Assembly: GCA_947468275.1 (NCBI GenBank)
Contig: CANIKO010000013.1
Coordinates: 43,721 to 107,720, forward strand
Length of the DNA stretch: 64,000 bases
Source: Bacteroidota bacterium
GTDB lineage: Bacteria > Bacteroidota > Bacteroidia > NS11-12g > UBA9320
Direction: 5' to 3'
Shown piece by piece: positions 36,825 through 45,471 of this stretch. The position numbers were made by a program, and so were the translations under genes. Below the pieces are notes generated by a model. That model did no database searches. It was not told the DNA's origin and saw only the letters and a program-made list of their open reading frames with translations. Position 1 is the first letter of the stretch; each line of letters opens with the position of its first letter.

Positions 36825-37328
36825 TTAGTTTATCAATAATTTCTTTTTTACGTCGTTCATAAGGTCATAAGCACTATTGGTTACCAAAACGCCTAATCCA
36901 TCAGAACTATCTAAAACATAATCATAACCTTTTGCCTTAGCTACATCGTTAATTGCAGTTTTGGCCTTTTTATAAATAGGCATATAAAGTTCTTCTTTCT
37001 TTTTTTGCATATCCTGCTCTGCAGTTTGGCTGAATTGTTGGATATCGGCCTGCAAAGCTTCTAATTTGCTTTTTTTCACTTCCATTACAACTGGTGGTGA
37101 AGTAGTATCAGCAACATATTCCTGATACTTTGTTTGAAGTTCGGCTTGCATAGTTTCCAATTGGTTACGAAGCACCCCTTCATAATCTTTTAATTTCTTT
37201 TCAAAATCTTTCATCTCAGGCATTGCATTCATAAGCTCCGATGAATTGATATGCGCAATTTTGCTTTGTGCAGTTGCACTAAAACATAATGCAATGGCTG
37301 TAAATACTGTTAAAATCAATCGTTTCAT
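36825..37328 (-). CDS. OmpH/Skp-family periplasmic chaperone
   Basis: 167 aa with a signal peptide. It is coiled-coil K/E/Q-rich and has the typical OmpH end (KGYDYVLDSS...). Confidence 0.8.
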   Translation of the reverse strand: MKRLILTVFTAIALCFSATAQSKIAHINSSELMNAMPEMKDFEKKLKDYEGVLRNQLETMQAELQTKYQEYVADTTSPPVVMEVKKSKLEALQADIQQFSQTAEQDMQKKKEELYMPIYKKAKTAINDVAKAKGYDYVLDSSDGLGVLVTNSAYDLMNDVKKKLLIN

Positions 37329-37364
37329 TTAATTATTTGTTTTTTATTATTTATATATATTGGT

Positions 37365-38024
37365 TTATCTGCGCGGCGGAAGTCCTCCGTTTGAAGCGGG
37401 AGGTAAATCTGTTTTCTGTTTTTCTTTCACCTTTTCCTTTTCTTCTTTAGATGGCGCTACACCAAGGATGGTTAGAACGTTATCACTTTTGTCATATTTC
37501 GCATTACTAAAAAGCATTGTCATATCACTTGATTTATCAAAAATAAAATCCAAAGCATCGTCTTTTGCTATTTTTTGTATGGTTTCAAACACCTTGTCTT
37601 GTATTGGTTTTACTAATTCCTGGCGTTTTTTAAATAATTCGCCTTCATAACCAAATTTATCCTGTTGAAACTTCTTGGCATCCTTTTCTTTATTAATTAT
37701 TTCATCCTCACGTTGCTTTTGCTGATCTGGCGTCAAAAGAATTTTTTCAGCCTGATATTCTTTGTACATTTTATCGATTCCTTCATATTTCCCATCCACT
37801 TCCTTTTGCCATGCTTCCGCAATTTCATTCAATTTTTTTTGGGCCGATTTATAATCGGGCAACAAGGATAAAATATATTCGGTATCGACATAGGCAAACT
37901 TTTGCGCATAATTAGCAAATGGTATCATTACCATAAAAGCTAATGTTAATGCTAGCTTTTGAAAGCCTGTTCTTCCCATACTACTTTTTAATTTTGGTTC
38001 GAATTCGTTAATCTTTGGTTTCAT
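37365..38024 (-). CDS. OmpH/Skp-family periplasmic chaperone (second copy) with a Lys/Glu-rich tail
   Basis: It reads AQKFAYVDTEYILSLLPDYKSAQKKL...FDKSS. The start is probably M16 (37979: MGRTGFQKLALTLAFMVMIPFANYAQ). Confidence 0.7.
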   Translation of the reverse strand: MKPKINEFEPKLKSSMGRTGFQKLALTLAFMVMIPFANYAQKFAYVDTEYILSLLPDYKSAQKKLNEIAEAWQKEVDGKYEGIDKMYKEYQAEKILLTPDQQKQREDEIINKEKDAKKFQQDKFGYEGELFKKRQELVKPIQDKVFETIQKIAKDDALDFIFDKSSDMTMLFSNAKYDKSDNVLTILGVAPSKEEKEKVKEKQKTDLPPASNGGLPPRR

Positions 38025-38178
38025 CTTTATTTCTAATTTATTGTTGTATAAGCTTACAATTTATCAGCCTAAAAAACATATAACGTAAAATAAGGGGCAA
38101 ACATACATATTTTTCAGGGGCTTCAAAAAAAATTTTACCTAAATTAAATATGTGTAATTCGACTTTAATTATAGACAG

Positions 38179-38724
38179 TTAGTGTTTCAATTTTATTGCG
38201 CTACTTTCTACCAAATTGCTTCTATGCAATTTCCTATCTATCATTTGTCCCGTAAATTTTATGGTATCCGGAAATACTCCCGGGTAAGGGGATGCCGGTA
38301 TTCTTAGGTCTAAATTACCTGAAACCATTTTTTTCTTTTCACTTAAATTAAGTCTTTGAAATCGTTGATTAAATTGCAAAGTATCTGAACTACCTGGAAC
38401 TAGAATATTTTGCCAAATATTATTTTTCTTAATTTTATATCCGACTAAAAGATTATAAAATCCTTCGCCACCAAAATTATAAGGTGGAAAGGTATCACCC
38501 ACCGATAAACCCAAATCACCATCCCCATCTTTATATTTTATACTTAATACTAAAATACTATCCTTTCCCGACATATTTTTGTAAACGGATACCGACTCAA
38601 AACTAATTTCAGGAATTTCGGATACAACCTGATCCGTTTTGCATCCAAAAGAAAGCAACATTATTAGTACTGATATATTGAATAATAGTTTCAAAAAGAG
38701 AGTTTTTTTAACAACCAATACCAA
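38179..38724 (-). CDS. Hypothetical lipoprotein
   Basis: It has a lipobox, ...VLIMLLSFGC. The longest-ORF start is TTG, and alternative TTG starts exist at 38718 and 38694. I recognise no family. Confidence 0.45.
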   Translation of the reverse strand: MVLVVKKTLFLKLLFNISVLIMLLSFGCKTDQVVSEIPEISFESVSVYKNMSGKDSILVLSIKYKDGDGDLGLSVGDTFPPYNFGGEGFYNLLVGYKIKKNNIWQNILVPGSSDTLQFNQRFQRLNLSEKKKMVSGNLDLRIPASPYPGVFPDTIKFTGQMIDRKLHRSNLVESSAIKLKH

Positions 38725-39661
38725 TTTTAACGAACTGGCTTTGGAAATATTTTATTACCAGGCCAAATATAATCCGGTTTATTCTAAATTTTTAACCTTA
38801 ATTGATAAAAGGCCTGAAACTGTTTTGGATACTGATGATATTCCTTATTTACCAATTGATTTTTTTAAAAATCATATAATAAGTTGCAGTCCCGTAGATA
38901 ATAAAACTGCTTTTTTTTCAAGCAGTTCAACTACCGGCCGAGGAACGAGCCAACATTATCTCAATGATACCCAAATTTATCATACCTCATTTATAAAAAG
39001 CTTTGAATTGCAATTTGGTAAAATAACAGACTATACATTTCGTTTTTTATTGCCTTCCTATTTAGAAAGAAGCGGTTCATCCCTTGTATATATGGCTGAG
39101 GAGTTATTGAAAATATCAGGTCAAGGAGGTTTTTATTTAAATGATTTTAAAAAACTTGCGGATGATTTAACCAATGATAAAAAGTTAGAACGACGGGTTA
39201 TTTTACTCGGGGTTAGCTTTGCCCTGCTCGATTTTGCAGAACAATATCCTATGGATTTATCAAATGTTTTAGTAATGGAAACTGGTGGTATGAAAGGCCG
39301 CCGCAAAGAAATAACAAGATCTGAACTTCATAATTTTTTAAAACAAAAATTATTTGTAAACCAAATTGCATCTGAATATGGAATGACAGAACTTTTGTCA
39401 CAAGCGTATTCAATTAAAGATGGAATTTTCAACTGTCCTCCTTGGATGAAGGTAAGTATCGGCCAAACTACCGACCCATTTGAATTAGAAAAAACAGGCA
39501 AAACAGGCACTTTGAAAATTATTGATTTGGCAAATATTGAGAGCTGTTGTTTCATTAGTACCTCTGATTTAGGAAGGATTTTCGACGATGGTTCATTTGA
39601 AGTTTTAGGAAGATTTGACAATAGTGACGTGAGAGGGTGTAATCTACTCACCCCCGTATAA
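38639..39661 (+). CDS. LuxE/PaaK-like acyl-adenylate-forming enzyme (acyl-protein synthetase family)
   Basis: It has the N-terminal pattern FNELALEIFYYQAKYNPVYSKF, then FFSSSSTTG (adenylation P-loop-like) and METGGMKGRRKE. The start is uncertain: TTG codons at 38639, 38678 and 38741, with no ATG. Confidence 0.6.
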   Translation: MHPKESNIISTDILNNSFKKRVFLTTNTNFNELALEIFYYQAKYNPVYSKFLTLIDKRPETVLDTDDIPYLPIDFFKNHIISCSPVDNKTAFFSSSSTTGRGTSQHYLNDTQIYHTSFIKSFELQFGKITDYTFRFLLPSYLERSGSSLVYMAEELLKISGQGGFYLNDFKKLADDLTNDKKLERRVILLGVSFALLDFAEQYPMDLSNVLVMETGGMKGRRKEITRSELHNFLKQKLFVNQIASEYGMTELLSQAYSIKDGIFNCPPWMKVSIGQTTDPFELEKTGKTGTLKIIDLANIESCCFISTSDLGRIFDDGSFEVLGRFDNSDVRGCNLLTPV

Positions 39662-39703
39662 CTTTATATTTTCAAGTTTTTAAGTTTCAATTTTGCAAAA
39701 GAT

Positions 39704-39711
39704 TAACTTTG
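39704..39711 (+). promoter_or_regulatory. Candidate -7 box TAACTTTG, 24 nt upstream of trhO
   Basis: Exact TAnnTTTG match. Confidence 0.35.
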
Positions 39712-39734
39712 TAGCCTAATCCCCTTCGTGTAAC

Positions 39735-40751
39735 ATGAAATTGCATAATAAGGTAAACAAAGACGTCTTAAAAAAACAAATTCTTCAGTCGGCAGAACTG
39801 CGAACCACTATCTCTTTTTATAAGTATTGGCCCATTGGCAATACTCAATTATTTCGAGACCATCTGTATTTATCCCTTGACCCAATTGGAGTTCTTGGCC
39901 GAATATACGTGGCCAAAGAAGGTATAAATGCACAAATAAGTGTTCCTACTTCTAACCTTCAAATTTTCAAAGAAACGCTGTTTCAAATTACCTTTTTGGA
40001 TGGTGTAAGGCTAAATATAGCTGTGGAGGACAATGGAAAATCGTTCATAAAACTTGGAATAAAAGTAAGGCCCAAAATTGTTGCCGATGGATTGAACGAC
40101 CCCAATTTTAATTCATGGGATTATGGGCAACATTTATCAGCGGAAGCATTCAACCAAAAAATTTCGGAACCCGAAACCATTTTGGTGGATATGCGCAATC
40201 ATTACGAAAGTGAAGTTGGGCATTTTGAAAATGCAATAATTCCGGATGTAGATACCTTTAAGGAAGAACTAGATTATGTCGTAGATTTATTAGCCGATAA
40301 AAAAGACCAGCCGGTGGTGATGTATTGTACCGGAGGAATACGCTGCGAAAAAGCAAGTGCCTGGCTTAAGCACAATGGATTTAAAGATGTGTATCAGTTG
40401 GAAGGTGGCATTATAAAATATGCCCGGGATGCCAAAGAAAAAGGACTTTCTAATAATTTTATAGGTAAAAATTTTGTGTTTGACGAGCGCCTTGGCGAAC
40501 GAATAACCGAAGATATAATTGCCCATTGCCACCAATGCGGCACCTCTTGGGACACACATGTTAATTGCAAAAATGTAGGCTGTAATCTTCTTTTTTTACA
40601 ATGCCCTTCCTGTGCCGAAAAATTTGATGGCTGCTGTTCTGAAGAATGCAAAACCATTTATCATTTGCCGGAAGAAGAACAAAAGGAACATCGCAAGAAT
40701 AAAGATAGTGGAATACGGATTTTTTCCAAAGGGAGATTTATCGGTCAGTGA
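39735..40751 (+). CDS. trhO: Rhodanese-domain tRNA uridine(34) hydroxylase (UPF0176/YceA family)
   Basis: It has the UPF0176 N-terminal region (ISFYKY..), the rhodanese active-site loop YCTGGIRCEKA and a Cys-rich C-terminal tail (CHQCG...C..C). Confidence 0.85.
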   Translation: MKLHNKVNKDVLKKQILQSAELRTTISFYKYWPIGNTQLFRDHLYLSLDPIGVLGRIYVAKEGINAQISVPTSNLQIFKETLFQITFLDGVRLNIAVEDNGKSFIKLGIKVRPKIVADGLNDPNFNSWDYGQHLSAEAFNQKISEPETILVDMRNHYESEVGHFENAIIPDVDTFKEELDYVVDLLADKKDQPVVMYCTGGIRCEKASAWLKHNGFKDVYQLEGGIIKYARDAKEKGLSNNFIGKNFVFDERLGERITEDIIAHCHQCGTSWDTHVNCKNVGCNLLFLQCPSCAEKFDGCCSEECKTIYHLPEEEQKEHRKNKDSGIRIFSKGRFIGQ

Positions 40752-40774
40752 TTAGGAATTTGAGTACTAATTAT

Positions 40775-42049
40775 TTATTCGTCGGTCACCACTAGTCTCA
40801 CCAACTCAATCCGTGCTTCATCAAATTTTAAGATTTTAACTTTAAAGCGTTGTATATTCAAGGTTTCTCCTTCCGAGGGAATGCTGCCATGCTCTGCAAT
40901 TATATAGCCTGCAAGGGTTTCATAATCACCTTCAGGGATATTAAAAGAATATTTTTCGTTCAAATAATCTACTTCCAAGGAAGCTGATAATTCAAATTCA
41001 TTCTCAGCAATTTGTTTTTCGGTTATATCATTATTGTCATCATGCTCATCATCAATCTCCCCCAATATTTCTTCCATAATATCTTCCACCGTAATAATAC
41101 CAGCGGTTCCCCCAAATTCATCTACTACAAGCGCTATACTTTTCCGTTTTTTTACAAACTCATTTAGCATTTGCTGTGCCGAACGGCTTTCATTAGTTAT
41201 GAGTATAGGCATTAAAATAGATTTGATAGATTTCGGTTTTTTAAACATATCTATCTGATGAGCATAACCAATTATGTTATCAATGGAATCACGGTAAACC
41301 AATATTTTAGAATGGTGCGATTCAAGAAATAAAGCCTGCAAACTTTCCATGCTTTCACTCACTTCTAAAGCCACAAGATCGGTTCTTGGAACAATACAAT
41401 CTCTCACTTTGACGGTACTAAAATCCAAGGCATTTTTCAAAATTTCTGCATCGACTTCACTTTTCCTATTGTCTTGCAATGTTTCTGAAATAAAATGACC
41501 CAAATCTACCTTGGTAAATGCAGGAGCTGTTTCTACAAACACTTGAGAAGTTAACATTCGCAAAAGTCTTTTTGACATCCATATTGTAAACTGAACAATT
41601 GGCCAAAGCAAATAATAGAATAATTGAAAGGGATAAATAAATATAGAGAGAATAAAATTTGGGCTAATTCTAAAAAGTGCCTTGGGTAAAAAATCGGCTG
41701 TAAACAATACTATAATCGTACTTATTACAGTACTAATAAGCAAATTGGCTACTTTAGAATAATGAAAAGGAGATAAAAAATCGTTTAATTGTTTTCCAAT
41801 AAAAATACCATAAATAACTAGAACAATATTATAAGCCACCAATATGGTACTTATAAAACGGGAAGGTGATTTATAATAATCAGAAACTAGCGCAGCCCAA
41901 GAGCTTCCTTGTTTACTTTTAAGTTCAATCCTTAGTTTGTTAGCCGATACAAAAGCAATTTCAAGCCCGGAAAAAAAGGCGGCCATGACTAATGAAACGA
42001 TTATTATTACTATTGGGGTCACCATTATTTTCGTTGCAAATATACTCAT
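40775..42049 (-). CDS. CNNM/HlyC-CorC-family membrane protein (GldE-like): DUF21 TM domain, CBS pair and CorC_HlyC domain
   Basis: It has AAFFSGLEIAFVS (DUF21), a CBS pair, VDEFGGTAGIITVEDIMEEILGEI and a C-terminal transporter-associated domain. Confidence 0.8.
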   Translation of the reverse strand: MSIFATKIMVTPIVIIIVSLVMAAFFSGLEIAFVSANKLRIELKSKQGSSWAALVSDYYKSPSRFISTILVAYNIVLVIYGIFIGKQLNDFLSPFHYSKVANLLISTVISTIIVLFTADFLPKALFRISPNFILSIFIYPFQLFYYLLWPIVQFTIWMSKRLLRMLTSQVFVETAPAFTKVDLGHFISETLQDNRKSEVDAEILKNALDFSTVKVRDCIVPRTDLVALEVSESMESLQALFLESHHSKILVYRDSIDNIIGYAHQIDMFKKPKSIKSILMPILITNESRSAQQMLNEFVKKRKSIALVVDEFGGTAGIITVEDIMEEILGEIDDEHDDNNDITEKQIAENEFELSASLEVDYLNEKYSFNIPEGDYETLAGYIIAEHGSIPSEGETLNIQRFKVKILKFDEARIELVRLVVTDE

Positions 42050-42213
42050 TCGGCATATTGACTTGACAATTTCGTTTTAAACACCTGGAGAAGGCTTATG
42101 ATTTAGTCCCGATTTCAGAGAATTCGGAGTTTTTAAACGAACAAAATCTTAAACTTACTTCAAATAAAGTTAAATCCTTTGGAACATAGTGACAAGCAAA
42201 TACACAAATCTGA

Positions 42214-42253
42214 GCACGGTAAAATGCTAATTTTACAGTGCCAATTATTTTTT
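42214..42253 (+). terminator. Orphan intrinsic-terminator-like hairpin in the gldE-like/anmK intergenic region
   Basis: The stem is GCACGGTAAAAT / ATTTTACAGTGC, with 11 of 12 pairs formed and a GCTA loop. CAATTATTTTTT follows. It has no upstream plus-strand gene. Confidence 0.45.
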
Positions 42254-42343
42254 ATACCTGTTTAATAAATGCAAATCAATACTTAAATTAATTATCCTAA
42301 ATTTTAAATATCAATAGTTCTCGTCCTTATTCTACTAAAAACT

Positions 42344-42351
42344 TATTTTTG
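42344..42351 (+). promoter_or_regulatory. Candidate -7 box TATTTTTG upstream of anmK
   Basis: Exact TAnnTTTG match, 112 nt upstream of the ATG. Confidence 0.25.
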
Positions 42352-42462
42352 CGCCACAATTTTTTAAGTATTTAAAATCAAGAATTATGAAATGCCTGCG
42401 TTAATAGGTTCACATCAGATCACGGCATTCCATAAGACCATAAAAAATAAAATAAATTACAA

Positions 42463-43551
42463 ATGACAGAATATAAAGTAATAGGGGTAATGTCAGGGAC
42501 ATCGATGGACGGGATTGACCTTGTTCATTGCACCCTCAATCAATCAAACGGAAAATGGAATTATAAAATTAATGCAGCCAAAACTATTGATTACGATGAA
42601 AAATGGAGATTACGGTTATCTAAACTTCGTTCTCAGTCGGCTTATAATTTTGTTAGAACGGATCGCTATTATGGAGAATATATCGGTTTATTGATTAATA
42701 ACTTTTTAAATGAAAGCAATCTTACCGCCGACTTAATTTCATCCCACGGGCACACCATTTTTCATCAACCTGAAAATAATTTGACTACTCAAATTGGAGA
42801 TGGGAATGCAATATCTGTTGTAACCGGTATACCATCAGTAACTAATTTTAGAGCAATGGATGTTATCCTAGGTGGCCAAGGGGCGCCATTAGTTGGTATT
42901 GGCGATAAATTATTATTTAGTGATTACAATATGTGTTTAAATATTGGGGGGTTTGCTAATATTTCAGCTAATGTAGATGGCCATTATGTAGCCTACGACA
43001 TTTGCCCTGCCAATATTTTATTAAACCGCATTGCCCGTGAATTTGATATGGAATTTGATGAAGATGGTAAAATAGCGGAGACCGGCAAAATAGATTATGA
43101 CCTTTTAGCTGACCTAAATAAAATAGGTTACTACAAAGAGTCCTATCCAAAATCATTAGGCCGGGAATGGATAAACCAAAATTTTTGGGGAATTGTACGT
43201 GAATGTAAAATAGAAAAGCAGGACAAAATGAAAACATTGGTGGATCATATTGCAGGCCAGATAGGCCAAAATATAGATGATTTGGCCGATGGAGACTCAT
43301 CAAAAATTAAAGTATTAGCAACCGGCGGCGGAGTGCTTAACCCTGTATTAATAGATTATATAAAATCGAATACCGATGCAGAAATTGTGGTTCCTGATGA
43401 ACAGCTTATAAACTATAAAGAAGCTTTAGTTTTTGCGCTAATGGGAGTATTAAGAGTTCAAAATCAACCGAATGTTTTAGCAAGCTTTACAGGGGCTGAA
43501 GCTGATTCAGTGAGTGGTTCATTGCACGGCGATTTCTCAAAGTTGATTTAA
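42463..43551 (+). CDS. anmK: Anhydro-N-acetylmuramic acid kinase
   Basis: It has the N-terminal GVMSGTSMDGIDL, and later NIGGFAN and TGGG..N. Confidence 0.9.
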   Translation: MTEYKVIGVMSGTSMDGIDLVHCTLNQSNGKWNYKINAAKTIDYDEKWRLRLSKLRSQSAYNFVRTDRYYGEYIGLLINNFLNESNLTADLISSHGHTIFHQPENNLTTQIGDGNAISVVTGIPSVTNFRAMDVILGGQGAPLVGIGDKLLFSDYNMCLNIGGFANISANVDGHYVAYDICPANILLNRIAREFDMEFDEDGKIAETGKIDYDLLADLNKIGYYKESYPKSLGREWINQNFWGIVRECKIEKQDKMKTLVDHIAGQIGQNIDDLADGDSSKIKVLATGGGVLNPVLIDYIKSNTDAEIVVPDEQLINYKEALVFALMGVLRVQNQPNVLASFTGAEADSVSGSLHGDFSKLI

Positions 43552-43579
43552 AAATCTTACCTTTTTTATACTTACACAT

Positions 43580-44809
43580 ATGAATTCTTTATTAAAAAAA
43601 TTCGAACATAAACAACCAGAAATAGTATTTGAGTGGAAAGACTCGGAAACAGAGGCTGAAGGATGGGTGGTTATTAATTCGCTTCGAGGCGGTTCAGCAG
43701 GAGGTGGAACGAGGATGCGAAAGGGGTTAAATAAGCATGAAGTAACTTCATTGGCCAAAACTATGGAAGTTAAATTTACAATTGCAGGCCCACCAATTGG
43801 AGGAGCTAAGTCTGGCATTAATTTTGATCCAAGTGACCCAAGAAAAAAAGGAGTTTTGCAACGTTGGTATAAAGCTGTTTACCCATTATTAAAACACTAT
43901 TACGGAACAGGGGGCGATTTGAACGTAGATGAAATTCATGAAGTAATACCTATGACTGCTGAATTAGGTTTACTGCACCCTCAGGAAGGGACGGTTAACG
44001 GTCATTTAAAAAATTATTCACCCGAAGAAAAGCTTAAATCAATTAGCCGATTGCAGGCCGGTGTGAGTTTAAAAATTACAGATGAACGATTTTCGCCAGA
44101 TGTTAATCGCGGATACAATATTTCAGATATGGTTACCGGATGGGGAGTAGCGGAGGCAGTTCGCCATTATTATGAAATATGGGGTGGATTGATGAAGGGC
44201 AAATTGGCTATTATTCAAGGCTGGGGAAATGTGGCCGCATCGGCTGCATGGTATCTAAGCAAAAATGGCGTTTTAATTGCAGGAATAGTGGATCGTAACG
44301 GCGGAATTATCAATAAACAAGGTATGGGATTTGACGAGGTGAATGAACTTTTTTTAAACAAAAACGGAAATACCCTTATTTCAGATAAAATTATACCTTT
44401 TGAAGAAGTGAATGAACAAATTTGGAGTCTTGGAGCAGAAATTTTTATTCCAGGTGCTGCTTCGAGATTGGTAAACGAGCAGAATGTAATTCAAATGATG
44501 GAAGGTGGCATGGAAGTGATAAGTTGCGGAGCAAATGTTCCTTTTGCCGATGAAGAAATTTTTATGGGCAAAATAAGCCGTTTGGCGGATGAAAACATGG
44601 CTGTAATTCCTGATTTTATTGCCAACTGCGGCATGGCTCGTGTATTTGCTTATTTAATGAAACAAGGTGCCGAGGTTAATGATATAGCTATTTTAAAAGA
44701 TTCATCAACCATCATTAAAAGTGCTTTGATGCGGGTTCACCAATTCAATCCCAAACACACCGGTTTATCCAATAAAGCTTTAGAATTGAGTTTGACTGAC
44801 TTGGTTTAA
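43580..44809 (+). CDS. Glu/Leu/Phe/Val dehydrogenase family protein
   Basis: It has GGTRM, the catalytic-Lys region PPIGGAKSGI, and the NAD-binding fold IQGWGNVA. Confidence 0.75.
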   Translation: MNSLLKKFEHKQPEIVFEWKDSETEAEGWVVINSLRGGSAGGGTRMRKGLNKHEVTSLAKTMEVKFTIAGPPIGGAKSGINFDPSDPRKKGVLQRWYKAVYPLLKHYYGTGGDLNVDEIHEVIPMTAELGLLHPQEGTVNGHLKNYSPEEKLKSISRLQAGVSLKITDERFSPDVNRGYNISDMVTGWGVAEAVRHYYEIWGGLMKGKLAIIQGWGNVAASAAWYLSKNGVLIAGIVDRNGGIINKQGMGFDEVNELFLNKNGNTLISDKIIPFEEVNEQIWSLGAEIFIPGAASRLVNEQNVIQMMEGGMEVISCGANVPFADEEIFMGKISRLADENMAVIPDFIANCGMARVFAYLMKQGAEVNDIAILKDSSTIIKSALMRVHQFNPKHTGLSNKALELSLTDLV

Positions 44810-44849
44810 TTTTTAATTAGGAATCTGGAATTAGAAATTGATTCTAAAT

Positions 44850-45470
44850 TTATTTTCTCTTAATCTTCACCGGACTTTCCAAAGGCGGCTTATAATATGG
44901 ATTATCTTCGGGAAATTCCAGTTTCAATTCATCTACTATATACCAGTTTTCCAAAAGCTGAAGGGCTACAAATTTTATGGTAAAATCTCGTTTTGATTTA
45001 TGACAAAGTAGTGTGATGTAGGCAAAGGCATTTCCTTTTTCATCTTTTCCTTCTTCTATCTTTATCTTATCTTTTTCACAGGTTTTAAATTTTAATTTAT
45101 TCGCTTTTGCCTTGGCATTCAAAAATTTAAGCTGCTTGGTAACTCTAAAATTTATTGCATTATACTTAATTCTTATGATCTGAGGATTGTTTTTAATTTC
45201 AAGACTATCAAATGTTTCTTTTACAATGGCCAAGGTTGGAATAAGGCTCATAAAATCATCCTTTGTTTTTTGTTGTAAAGCCCACCATGCGGTATCGGCT
45301 AATTGTTCAGTGGTTTTAATTCCCCATTTTTTTTGAACCAGTGTATCTCCAGACTCCGCTTCAGTTTGGGCCAAGGAATTGTAAACAGATAAAATTATAA
45401 TAGTGAATCCTACGAGTTTTTTTGAATGGTATTGAAAGAAATCATTGGGCACTATAAACCTGTTCATCAT
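44850..45470 (-). CDS. Hypothetical secreted protein
   Basis: I re-set the start to MMNRF...LVGFTIIILSVYNSLAQ. This removes the overlap with the upstream gene. I recognise no family. Confidence 0.45.
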   Translation of the reverse strand: MMNRFIVPNDFFQYHSKKLVGFTIIILSVYNSLAQTEAESGDTLVQKKWGIKTTEQLADTAWWALQQKTKDDFMSLIPTLAIVKETFDSLEIKNNPQIIRIKYNAINFRVTKQLKFLNAKAKANKLKFKTCEKDKIKIEEGKDEKGNAFAYITLLCHKSKRDFTIKFVALQLLENWYIVDELKLEFPEDNPYYKPPLESPVKIKRK

Positions 45471-45471
45471 T

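Noticed and set aside
37996-38004. GGTTCGAAT, resembling a tRNA T-loop
   Set aside because: It lies inside the N-terminal coding region of the OmpH-like ORF (antisense of ...INEFEPKLK...). The flanking sequence cannot form acceptor, D or anticodon arms.
38639-38724. 86-nt head-to-head overlap between the lipoprotein gene and the LuxE-like gene
   Set aside because: Both track starts are longest-ORF TTG codons. Plausible internal TTG starts (38694 on the minus strand; 38678 or 38741 on the plus strand) shrink or remove the overlap, so it is probably an ORF-calling artefact.
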